64,000 nucleotides of DNA, from positions 5,118,435-5,182,434 of the forward strand of contig BFEA01000025.1 in assembly GCA_003427395.1 (NCBI GenBank). The letters run 5' to 3'. The translations under genes and the position numbers were made by a program. Every line of letters starts with the position of its first letter. Positions within the stretch are counted from its first letter, which is position 1. Below are positions 38,962 through 50,279 of this stretch, piece by piece. The notes beneath the pieces are model-generated. The model ran no database searches, was not told the DNA's origin, and was given only the letters and a program-made list of their open reading frames with translations. Source of the DNA: Chara braunii. Lineage: Eukaryota > Plantae > Charophyceae.

Positions 38962-39071
38962 TACCGTCTTCACCCGGCTAGAACGCCCAGTCATTACAGC
39001 TGTATCTAGACTGAAAGTCGACCCAAATACAGCTAAAATGACCGGACGTGGTATTCGGGTCTAAGACGGTA
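38962..39071. mobile_element. CCGT-terminal MITE with TA target duplication
   Basis: TA-ccgtcttcacccggctagaacg...tattcgggtctaagacgg-TA. Confidence 0.8.
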
Positions 39072-40378
39072 GCAATTGAGTTAACTACCGTCTTCCCAGA
39101 TCAGGGGTGTGTGCAAGCTATCTTTCCAGTCTGAAGGAAGGTAGGTTTACCTCTTCCTCTAGTACACTTACAAATTACTAGCAGTTATATAGCTGTATCT
39201 AGACTGAAAGTCGACCCAAATACAGCTAGAGGGAAGGTAGGTTTACCTCTTCCTCTAGCACACTTACAAATTACTACCTATACCGCAATAATAAAATAAT
39301 AATACCCCAAACTTGTCCTTCCGGACACCCCTTAAAATTGGAACCATACGGAGACATAAGATTATTATTTCCACCCGCTAATATTATTTCCGGCCCTGCG
39401 CAAGGAAGGATGACCCGCATACATCGAGAAATGGTCTGAATTATTTTATTTGGAAAAAACAAAAAAATCCACAAAATTCAACGGGGGGCTGACGGACTAC
39501 CGGTCGGCGGAGCCTCCGCCTACCGGTAGCAGTAGGAGTCAACTACCAGTAGGTAGGTTCTCATTTTCCTTTCGAGGCGCTATTCCCTCAAAGACGAGTT
39601 CGCGGTCAGAGTTTCAGATACAAACTGCCAAACTAATAATTAACAAGATTGTTGGGGGAGGGGAGGGGAGGAGGAGGAGGGGGGGANNNNNNNNNNNNNN
39701 NNNNNNNNNNNNNNNNNNNNNNNNNNNNNNNNNNNNNNNNNNNNNNNNNNNNNNNNNNNNNNNNNNNNNNNNNNNNNNGGGAGCGAGGTCGAATTGGACA
39801 AGCCGATTTCAAGAACGTATATCGTTGCAAAAATATTTTTCATCTCTTTTGACTTTTTAATAGCTTTTATCCTTTTGCACACGAATACCATATTTTCACG
39901 ATCCAAAAAATAAATTTATTTTACTTTATTTTCAAGTGAACTCTGAACCTGAACCGAACCTAATATCCGCACCAGATTCTTGAATTTTCAGAACTGGAGC
40001 ACGTAATTTGTCTGTAGGTGGTATTATTGGCCTTTTATCTTTTTCTAGAAAATTCCTCAGTTGTAAATAATGATTATATTCCAATATTACCAACAGAATT
40101 GAGTACAACAGTATTTCAATGGACTGTTCATGCTTCAAAAATAGGGATTCATGTTTTGTAAACTTTTTTTAATATATATTCGGTGGTTTACTAGAGACAT
40201 TTTGCACTTTTTCAGAGGTATATTTCAGACATTTTTCCAGCAATGAAGTTAAAAAAAAAATCTATTATTTGTTTTAATCGTTAGATCAAGATTTAACCTG
40301 CTCCCCTCCCCTCCCTCTCCCTCTCCCCTTCCCCACCCAGGGCGAGGACAACGCGCACATGTTGACATAATTGGCCCC

Positions 40379-40511
40379 GCTCCACTACACAACATTTCAA
40401 GTGCATTTGGATCTGGCGGTGGTCCAAATACATCCATTTTTGCTGGATCGGTCTGAAAACATATGGATCAGAAGGTAGTCCAGATACATTAACAATGATG
40501 TGTAGCGGAGC
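40379..40511. mobile_element. Small foldback/MITE-like element
   Basis: gctccactacaca...tgtgtagcggagc inverted ends. Confidence 0.45.
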
Positions 40512-41030
40512 ACGACGCCCAGAGCTCCAAATTATTCCCAACCTAACTACAGAAGTATGCCGCCTCGGCTGCTACCGTTCGATGCTATGTCTTTTTCCAA
40601 TTATTAAAAACAAAAAACAAGGAGAAAAATCCTGTCCTACAACATGAACGTATATAGACGGATAAGAGAACAAGGGGGGCCTCGTCAAGCTTTCCCGCCA
40701 GAACAGACATGTAGGAGGACAAATCTTGGGGGGGGAAATAAAAATAAAAATAAAAAATAAAAGAGGAAAAAAAAAAAAAAGGATCCGCGGCGGAGGAACG
40801 TAAACAACACCCGTTTGCCGAGACCCTACAGTCTTTCCCCGAGCGCAACAGACTCTCAAAATGAATGAATACAACCTATATTTCCGGCCACATACAGTCA
40901 TGACGAGCGCACGTTGTCGTGTCCGGGCAAAGACGGTAGGCAAGTCGTTACTGCATGCACTGAAATAAAACGGGGGGCGGCGAGGGGGGGGGGGGGGGGC
41001 GTGTGTGTGTGTGTGTGTGTGTGGGGGGGG

Positions 41031-41065
<35 letters not shown>

Positions 41066-41184
41066 GGACGGGGGAGGGGAGGGACGCGCGGGAAAGATGG
41101 AGGGGCAGGGGGGGAGGGAGGGGGGGGGAGGGGAGAGGCAAAACAAACGAAAACCAGAGAGAGATTCCTATAGGAACTTTATGA

Positions 41185-41278
41185 ATCAGCTTTGGACGTA
41201 ATTACACAGTCAGATACATCTGGCAGCAATTGCACCAGGACCTGAATGTATCTGACCGTAATTACGTCCAAAGCTGAT
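41185..41278. repeat. Long inverted repeat (hairpin)
   Basis: Perfect 21-bp arms atcagctttggacgtaattac / gtaattacgtccaaagctgat plus inner arms gtcagatacat / atgtatctgac. Confidence 0.9.
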
Positions 41279-41602
41279 CCAAAAGGTCCTCGTGTGAGTA
41301 AACCCTAAAAGGCAAGAAATCGATTAACGAATGGCTGGCGAGCGAACAACTTCCGATAGTGAACGAATAATGTTTTCTGGGATAAACCATTTTTTTATTC
41401 GGATGAAGTGCGGAAGCATACAAGCGAAATCCGTCGTTTGCAAGTCCATTGCGTTCGAGGGCACATGTGCAAGTCCATTGCGTTCGAGGGCACATTTGCA
41501 AGTCCACTGCGTCAAGATGGTAATCAGTACATGGGGACGAGCGATAGAGTGGAACTTAAAGAGGTACCCAGGTGGGGGAATAAGCACCCAACACTACAAC
41601 AG

Positions 41603-41648
<46 letters not shown>

Positions 41649-41823
41649 GTTTGCAAGCCTATCAATTCGCCCCTCTCCCCCTGTCCAACCATTTCCGGTT
41701 CCCGGCTTGCTTCACCCGAGCTCTCTCGCCACCTCTCTACGATACCCGACAGTCGTCCATGCTCCTCCCTCAACTCTATTTATTTACCCAGTCGTCCATG
41801 CTCCTCCCTCAACTCTATTTATT

Positions 41824-41890
<67 letters not shown>

Positions 41891-42000
41891 AATTTGCAAA
41901 CCTATCAATTCTCCCCTCCCCTGTCCAGGCATTCCCGGTTTCCGCCTTGCTTTACCCGAACTATCTCCCACCCGTCCACGATACCCGACACTCGTTCCTG

Positions 42001-42043
<43 letters not shown>

Positions 42044-42396
42044 GACACACACACACACACACACACAACGCAGGCCGCTCTGTAATCCCATTCCCTTCCC
42101 ACGCCTGATAGACCTCCCCACTTTCACACTCTATATCGCTTTAACCCCTCCTCCTCTTTAAGCACACACCCGTCCTTAAGCATCACCACGCCTTCCTTCT
42201 CCCATCCTACCTCACTCAGTCTTCCCCTCAATCCTACTTCTCACTAGATCTCCCTTCCCCCCCACGAACCTTAACGGAAACCTGTCACCGCGGTCTGCCT
42301 TATTGTCTTCCCTGAGGAGAACGCACTGACTCTGTCGTCTACCTTGAATGCGCCCCGCCCCCTCTCCCCCCCATCTTCCCCCCCCCTGCCCCCTCT

Positions 42397-42415
42397 AGAT
42401 GTGTATAAGAGACAG
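42397..42415 (+). other. Tn5 mosaic end (Nextera adapter), technical contaminant
   Basis: Exact AGATGTGTATAAGAGACAG. Confidence 0.97.
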
Positions 42416-43262
42416 GCCCCTACCTTGCCATCATTTTAGGCATTCAAAAATTTATCTATTGTTGTTGTGATTTTATACCACCAGTAGTTGGCCCAGCTAT
42501 AGGCTGTGGGAAAAAAATAGAGTAGAAACGTTTCTAGTCCGATGAATTTGGGCGCTCCTGTAGTGGCCCGTACATTTCCTAAAATCGTGTGGCTTGAAGT
42601 ACTTGTGGTTTAAAGGGACAAACACATACACATCCTATCTACCTACCGGCCCCCCCCCGCCCCGGCTCCCTCACCCAGCACGTGTACTTCGGCGGAAGGA
42701 GAAGTAAACTCAAAAGGCGCAAGAGGGGGGGGAAAGGGGGGAGGATTTGGGGGTCGGGGCAATCTACCTCGTCATGATGAATAACCAAAGATGAACGAGA
42801 GTGAAGTATGGAGCTTCCTTTTTCCCGCCCTTGATTTTTCATATTAGAGTATTTTAGTAATGTCCGTTTTATAGATTTTGCATGAATCTAGACATAATAG
42901 AAGCCAAGTTCATTAACTTCAAGCCATCGAATATTCCAGAACTCGTATCCCTTATGGCAGGTAGAAAGACACACTTACAGCAGAGCAAGGACTCGTTGCG
43001 GACGTAATGTGAGCGCAGTTTTGCACGAATCTTGCCGCAAAGAGAGCCACGTTCATACTCAGCAAACGAAAAATACCGCCCCAATCTTACCACTATGAAA
43101 GATTCGTAATTCGTATTGACTTCAACTGCTACTATTCGTAATGACTATTCAGCACCTCTGAATCCCGCGGACTATTCAGCCCCTCTGAATTTTGCCCATA
43201 ATTATTTGCCGTGATTGGTCATCGTTAATTACTAATGACTTCAGATTTCTTAATTAGCAAAC

Positions 43263-43503
43263 AAATCACGTTTCCCGCCAAAAACAAATCACGTTTCCCG
43301 CCAAAAGTACCTCCCGCCGATTCAGCACTTCACTAATATGAGCAAATCACGTTTCCCGCCAAAAGTAACTCCCGCCGATTCAGCACTCGACTAATATGAG
43401 TAAATCACGTTTCCCGCCAAAAGTAACTGATGATTGATCATTAACTACAGAGTTCGAACTTGTTAAACAGCAAAAAAAAAAAAAAAACACGTTTCCCGCC
43501 AAA
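43263..43503 (+). repeat. Repeat array with five E2F-consensus sites
   Basis: cacgTTTCCCGCCaaa with TTT at 43271, 43294, 43352, 43410, 43492. Confidence 0.85.
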
Positions 43504-43914
43504 TAATCACGCTCACAAACCCCTTTAAAAGGAGAGAGGAAGAGAACAAGCCCCAGAGAAAGACCGCCTCCTCGAAACAGAACACTTCTATTCCCAATCA
43601 GGAAAAGACCGCAAGCACTCTATCCTTCCTAAAGACTACCGTAAAAGGTAATTCCCCCCCCCCAAAAAAAAAATCTGGCCCGCAACTCTCTAGCCCAGAA
43701 CTCCGGAAAAAAAAAAAAAAAATCATGAACAGTTTCCAAATCCTTACCTGATTATAANTATACAGCACTAATAATTCATAAGCGTCAAGGAATCACAAGA
43801 AAGGCCAATGGAAGAGCCTCAACTTTAAACCCCAACATTGCTTGCACCCTCCACTGAAACTTCGTTATTGATGACAGAGTCCACACTGTCCACACAAGAA
43901 ACCCATCAGGGAGA

Positions 43915-44640
43915 GAAAGGATAGGGGTAGCAAGGGTAGGAGGAGGGATAGGGGTAGTAGGAGAGGTACCAGGAGATGTCCGAGGAGGGGTAGGAGGAGC
44001 GGTAGGACGAGTAGGATTACTTCACTGATACTTGGTACGAGGGGTAGGAGGGGTAGAGTGGTAGGAGGGGTAGGAGGGGTAGAAGGGGTAGAAGGGGTAG
44101 GAGGAGTAGGAGGAGAGATAGAAGTACTTCACTGAAACTTGGTAAGAGGGGTAGGAGGGGTAGTAGAAGGGGTGTTAGGAGGGGTAGCACGAGGCGTAGG
44201 ATTATTTCACTGATACTTGGTACGAGGAGGGATAGCAGGGGAAGGAGGGGTAGGAGGGGTAGGAGGGGTAGGAGGTGAAGGAGGGGTAGGAGGAGAGAGA
44301 GAAGTACTTCACTGAAACTTGGTAAGAGGGGTAGGAGGGGTAGGAGGGGTAGTAGAAGGGGTGTTAGGAGGGGTAGCACGAGGCGTAGGATTATTTCACT
44401 GATACTTGGTACGAGGAGGGGTAGGAGGGGTAGGAGGGGAAGGAGGGGTAGGAGGGGTAGGAGGGGAAATAGAAGTACTTCACTGAAACTTGGTAAGAGG
44501 AGTAGGAGGGGTAGTAGAAGGGGTGTTGGGAAGGGTAGCACGAGCCGTAGGAGGGGTGGGAGGAGAGGTAGGAGGAGGGGTAGGAGGAGGGGTAAGAGGA
44601 GGGGTAGGAGGAGGGGTACGTACTGCACTGAACTTGGTCA
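43915..44640. repeat. G-rich higher-order minisatellite (aggaggggt 9-mers within ~185-bp units)
   Basis: Alternating ttcactgatacttggtacgagg and ttcactgaaacttggtaagagg anchors, three each. Confidence 0.9.
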
Positions 44641-45984
44641 TTCTAATGGAGAGCAGTGTACAGAAAAGAAACCCAAAAAAAAAGAAAGACAAAAAAACAA
44701 AAGCAGCCCATCAAAGAGAGAAAGGAGGGGTAGAAAGGGTGGGAGCGGAAAACTGGCCAGCGAAAAAGGGGCTTGCTCTACCGTTCCTTCCTTGCCAGCA
44801 AACAAGCAGCTGCCAAAAACACGACTTACGCTATGCACTGAGACAAGGAACAATGTACTTGACCGCAATTACCGCCAAGATACACGGCAAGAACGCACAG
44901 ACTATGACAAGCTGGTAATCACTGAGCGAAAAATATATATACTACTAGTAAACGTGAATACATATATACTGATCAATTGTATGACCGATAGCATAATTAT
45001 CAGAAATTCCAATTTAAAAAAAAAAAAAACAGACCGATGCCATACTCAGACTAGGGACTTTATCAACTTATATCTGTGGACGTAATTGCGGCCAAGGTGC
45101 ATCCCGCCTGGCCGCAAAAGCGGTCACATACATGCTCGCTAATAGTCGTGTGGGTATTATACCCTCACACTAGGGGAGTAAACCACTGAATTCGCCCGTC
45201 ACGTACAGTCAGACTGATGACATAGTCAAATACATTTATCATCGATTTTTATCTTCAATAAAAATCCAAAAAAAAAACTCTAAAGGACAAAAATACCAAT
45301 AAAATCGCTGGTGCCAGTCCGTACTTTCACTTCAATCAAAAAAAAAAAAAAAAAAAAAGAGAGAGAAGCAGGGAGTTGAAGAACGCCGGAACTGTTATAA
45401 CTCGAATCATGAAGCGCATGAGCCTACCGGTAGTGTTAATTAATCTCTCATCGACTCTATCGATGTCTAGAGACTGAAAACTCGAATAGAACGCCCGGTC
45501 CTTATCGATGTATATAGACGGAAAATTTACCAAATACAGACATAATGACTGGGCGTTCTATTCGGGTGCAGACGGGTCACCACCACATTTACCCAAATAG
45601 AACTCATGGGCACTAAACCTTCATCTCTTCCGCCCGCCACATTACAGCACAGCTTACCCGAATAGAACGCATGGGAAAGACACAGTTTACCCGAATAGAG
45701 CGCATGGGAAAGACACAGTTTACCCCCAATAAAGCGCATGGGAAAGACACAGTTTACCCCCAATAAAGCGCACAGCCACATAGTGTTTGTTGCACATCGA
45801 AGTCGCCCGCATTGCAGCGCACGGTGCCTCTGTTCAATTGCTTAATTCGTTAATAGTTCGATCAATGGAATAGCAGGTCGATTGGCTGATTGATTGGCTG
45901 ATTGATTAGATGATTGATTAGATGATTGGATGATACTTTACGAGGTTACAAGCTGATTGATTGCAAAATTGAACGATTGATTAC

Positions 45985-46170
45985 CTCTCTCCTTCTGTCG
46001 CCGTTTTCCCTGTCGTCTCTGAAATTCGATGACGGAGATCTCTCTCGCGCACCTCCATCGCCATCGCCGCTGTGCGGCGGCGACCTCGACCGGGGTCCCG
46101 GTGAGTCATTCTCCCCACTCCCCCGTCCATCTTCATCCTCTCCTCTCGCCATCTCTCTAAATCCCGTCAT
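45985..46170 (-). CDS. U2AF65: U2AF65 exon 1 (MTGFREMARGEDEDGRGSGENDSPGPRSRSPPH...DRRRE); alternative ATG at 46152
   Basis: R/S/D/E-rich ORF after a GA-repeat leader; donor GAG|GTAATC in phase 0 matches exon 2. Start codon ambiguous; a gap and an adapter lie in intron 1. Confidence 0.75.
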
Positions 46171-46171
46171 G

Positions 46172-46235
<64 letters not shown>

Positions 46236-46236
46236 N

Positions 46237-46323
<87 letters not shown>

Positions 46324-46330
46324 CGTGTGT
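46171..46330 (-). repeat. CA/GA microsatellite immediately upstream of the U2AF65 ATG (probable 5' UTR)
   Basis: Direct observation; UTR status inferred. Confidence 0.8.
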
Positions 46331-46489
46331 GACAAACCACGTCGTCCCCTGCCGCACGCACTACCGACAACGCTTGCAACCAATGGCGGCAGAGGCCGCT
46401 GCTGTCGCCGTCAAAGAGTGCTTCAACACCATACACCTACCGCTTCCCTACCCTTCCTTGTCGTTGATTGGTGCTAACTTCTAAGCCGT

Positions 46490-46548
46490 CCGTTTAGAAC
46501 CGTTTAGTTCCGTTTAGAACCGTTTAGTTCCGTTTAGAACCGTTTAGA
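46490..46548. promoter_or_regulatory. Six AACGG (MSA-core-like) motifs at 10-bp period upstream of U2AF65
   Basis: ccgttt at 46490, 46500, 46510, 46520, 46530, 46540; function unproven. Confidence 0.35.
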
Positions 46549-47609
46549 TGCGCCGGAAGAGCGCCGTTTTCAACCGCGACGCGCCGACCGACCGACCGAC
46601 CGACCGCATGACTTGACTGTTATACCACCGGAAGATCGATCAACGGTCAGCTTCATGAGCGATGGCGATGGTGAACACTCGTCGCTCATCTCTTCGGGAA
46701 CTCCGCAAGATGATCCTGCCGCTCTCCTCCGCTTCCCTCCACTTTCCACTGCTCATCACCCCTCCCCGCCTTCTGACCCTTGCACTGGGCCCCGTCAAAG
46801 AGCGGCTCCCTGTTCCAATCAGTGTTGTCATCGGTAAGTCACAATCACAGGGTTCGTATGCGCAGCCGTACGGGCTGCAGAAGTGTAAGGTGAACACACA
46901 GCCTGTAAGACTGCCTAAGTGACCAATGAACAAGCCCGTGAGTAATGTAATGAGCATAAACGAGCCCGTAACAAGGCTGCGTAAGTTTGTCGGTTTGCGT
47001 CGTTGTCTCCCTTGGTCGCTGGGAGCGGACCGGTCTGCGGCAGAAAGTTTTCGGTCCAGAGAGGGGAGAGGGAGGACGGGGCTAGAGCGGTCAGCGGAAG
47101 GTATGCTCGGGCGAACCGGTGGGCGCCGTCCGGATTGGTAGATATAGAATTGAATGGGCACGAATGATAAAAGCAGACGACCGGTCGGCAGGGCGCGAAG
47201 GTCCGTAGATAGATGGGAAAGAGGGTTCTCAATCCAAAGGGTCTTTTTTTCCGGTTTCCCTCGTCGGCTTAGATGACAACGATCAGCATAGCATGGCCAT
47301 GGGCTTACAGTGTTTGCAACCCCTGGTCTTTCTTGCATTTATACACCTGAGTCATTTTCAACGATTCAACGGCCTTTGGAAAAGGCCCAATGTGGTCTTT
47401 TGAAAGGGTGGCAGGGCGTTTTAGGGGGCGGGGCGGGGCAGTTGCTGAAGGCGAAGGACCAGCAGCTGTGCGTGGTCCCAGAAAATTTTGAAACAGCGAG
47501 GGGCCCAAGTCGAGACGGTGTGGGCAGCCCAGGCCTAGCGTCCTTAGGGGGGCCCTTCTTTGACAATTGTTGGGTTTTTTGCTACAGTACGTTGGATTTG
47601 GTGAAGCAA

Positions 47610-48125
47610 GTCGCAGTATGGATCTTGACAGATGGACGTGTCGTACGGCATTTCTCGGGTGAGAAGAAATGGGCTCGAGACATGGTCTTTTGAATGGTGA
47701 TTCGGGTTGTTATTTAATGAGTGCATTACGGGTGTTATCAATTGAAGGTGGCCTGGTTCGAACTGGTAACTTGTGGATGTTTTGTAGTTATAGTTGGTGT
47801 TGAGGAATTTAACTTGGTTTTTCTGTTGGGCACGGCTGCGGGGGACGGGCTACCGGTTATGGCCTATAGCATCATGATTTCACGGGTTTCAAACGTCGGA
47901 TTTAGCAGGAGATAGTTGCAGTATGAATTTTGACGAATGTATGTGAATTTCGGTGAGAAGAGGCGGGCTCGAACTGTGGTCTGTTGAATTGCGTTTCGGG
48001 TTGTTAAGTTAGTGTGAACATGACCTGGTTCGAACTAGTGACTTGTGGTAGTATTAGTTGATTTTTGGGAAAATTTACCTGGTTTTTGTGTTGGGCGCGG
48101 CTGCGTGGAAGGTCTACCGGTTAGG
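47610..48125. repeat. Diverged ~300-bp tandem duplication
   Basis: gcagtatg...ggtgagaag...ttcgggttgtta...cctggttcgaact...ctaccggtta occurs twice. Confidence 0.8.
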
Positions 48126-48197
48126 ACAATTGATGAACCCTTATTCCAATAGTATATAAGTTTCATAGTCATTGTGTTCGTCAGCCGACTTGTCATA

Positions 48198-48243
48198 GAC
48201 CCTTGATGAGCCTAGTGGGTGGCTAGGCCAAACCGGTCGGGTC
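48198..48243 (+). ncRNA. Degenerate minimal type I hammerhead ribozyme
   Basis: gaccc-TTGATGA-gcctag(tgggtgg)ctaggc-CAAA-ccgg-TC-gggtc: stems I and II intact, palindromic stem III, two core substitutions. Confidence 0.75.
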
Positions 48244-48529
48244 ATACACCATGCGGGAGTGTTTTATTTCCGCTATGTTGTGCCTTCACGATGATTTTTT
48301 ATCTAAGTCGCGTTCGAGGACACCTCTCTTTCTTTGTGCCTTTTCTTATTTCTCTTTTCTGCTCTCTCCTTTTTCTCCTCTTCCTTCTCTCTTCTCTTAT
48401 GTGTGGGTGCATAAGAATTGGAGTTCCTTGCTATCACTGTTTTGCTTATGCGTGATATACATACTTTGTTTAACAAAGGAACCGACATAGGAGTCATACT
48501 ACAGTTGAGTGACTTCGTATAATATAACG

Positions 48530-49965
48530 ATGGCGTCGAATGTTAATTCCAATGTGCCTTTTGTAGGTAACTACTACAATTGTGGTCAGCTTGGCCACAT
48601 CTCTTGGTATTGTCCCTTTCCTGATCGGAGACTCAATGGTGGTCAACAGTCTAGCACTGCGATTGTCCCAGGTCAACCCTTATTAACCTATCCTTCTACA
48701 TCTAATGTCAGTACATATACTCCGTATTACTCGGGTCAGTATAATGGTGGAGGAGGGGGAAGTGGGTTGGGGAGACGTGTTAGTACGTTGGACGAAATCG
48801 TTGGACGGATCAACAGCAAACATGAAGCAGATGCGGCGAGAAAGAAAGCCAAGCAGGAAGAAAACGATAGAAGGAAACGGGAACTGGAAGAAGAAGAACG
48901 GCTTCAATGGGAAAAAAAGGATCGGGAGGAGTTTCAATTATCCATACGCCAATAATTGTCAACGAAACTGGATGTCGTCCGTGAGGTGGTCAATGAGAAA
49001 AAAAACAGTGATGCTGAGGAGATTGCTAAGCTGAGTTGTGCCGAAGAAGGAACCGGCTATGGAAAAGAAGAACGCAGAGAGTGATGAAGTGCGAAAGCTG
49101 AAGGCTCGGGCCGATGAGTTGCAAAGGTCTCGAGGTATTGTCAGTACGTCGGCAACTGTCACACAGAACGTTGACGATGCCGAGGAGATAACTCGGTTAC
49201 GGAAGGAACAGATTGATGCGAAAATGACTATTGATAAACGACTCACAACGTTGGAAAAATGTCATTTTCGCTCTTTAGGAACAGTGTGAGGTTGTCGAAC
49301 CAAACGCGGAAGCTTGGAAGAATGAAGCATTGCGTCCTGACAACAAGTGTGGTCCGATGACGATTGGTCAGACTCCAGTGACAGAAGTGAGGGTTCGACC
49401 TCGGGTTACTCCGATGGCATCACAATGTGCGACGGGACATGTCAATCCTTAGATCAAGGCTATAGCGGAACGTCATCAACAAGAGGTGAAATTGTTGAAA
49501 GAGATACATTTACGTGAGGTCAACGCAGTAAAATAATATGAAGAAGAAGTCGAGAGATTAAAATAATCATTGGCGAAGCTTGAAACAGAAAGAAAGCGTG
49601 GAGGAACGAATTTGAAATCGAAGTTGGATGAGGTAGCAGGCTTGTCTACGAGGAAGGAGAAGGGGAAGTTGACGGTAACTTCAATTTTCCTCGTTAGTCA
49701 ACACGAAGCAACATTGAGGGATGAACGAAAGAAGCTTCAGAATCTCAAGAAGGACGATGTGATTGCAATTTGCGAAAAGGATGGGGTGGCCTATACGAAG
49801 CTCGAGCATACTAAGGAATTGATTGCACAGGCCCGTGCCAACAAGGCGATTGAAAAAGAGGAGTCGAGCAAAGAAATTGGGAAGACCGATTCAGTGGTTA
49901 AAGTGACCAATGATGGGGATGGCGACAACAACAAAGGTGAGGGGCGTGACTCTGCTTCGTCTTAG
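48530..49965 (+). pseudogene. Retroelement ORF1: gag-like zinc knuckle plus coiled coil, interrupted by stops and frameshifts
   Basis: YYNCGQLGHISWYC (CCHC with first Cys lost), then E/K/R-rich helical segments across three ORF fragments. Confidence 0.8.
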
Positions 49966-50099
49966 GGTCATGCCCTGACACGACTAACGTATTGTTGAAT
50001 ATTGTACTGTGTGGGCTGATTCTTCTCGGTGAGATTCCTTGGTGCGGTAAGTTGATTGAATGTTTTTTTGTTTGTGTTTCCTCCTCGCGTGGTCAAGGT

Positions 50100-50279
50100 A
50101 TTAACGAATGTAGTGGTCTCATTGTGTATGCATTGGTTTCACCTTAGTTACGTCATATTTATGCTGGAAGCATAAGTCATGATCTTCATTGTAGATGGAG
50201 GGAGCATGTTTACAGGATATGTCAGCAGAAGGTTGTGGATGGAGGTAGGAGGAACAAAAAGTTTTATCAGTGGTTGCGG
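50100..50279 (+). pseudogene. GIY-YIG endonuclease, 5' half of ORF2 (Penelope-like)
   Basis: IVYALVSP*LRHIYAGSISHDLHCRWREH...KFYQWLR. Confidence 0.7.

Larger units (their letters stand above)
1299..46170 (-). other. U2AF65: U2 snRNP auxiliary factor large subunit gene, start to stop, 19 coding exons, 649 aa
   Basis: All 18 introns are GT-AG with matching phases; exon lengths sum to 1950 nt; protein has an RS domain, SGFD motif, RRM1 (ARRVYVGGLPP...FAFVEF), RRM2 (DRIFIGGLPYY...KGYGFCVY) and UHM (DDEEYEDIMEDMREEC...GRKFGGN). Confidence 0.97.

Noticed and set aside
42397-42415. Genuine bacterial Tn5 insertion or horizontal transfer
   Set aside because: The sequence is the synthetic mosaic end used in library preparation; no transposase or partner end
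44017-44628. 203-aa Leu/Pro-rich ORF
   Set aside because: Product of the 9-bp G-rich repeat; no domain or splice support
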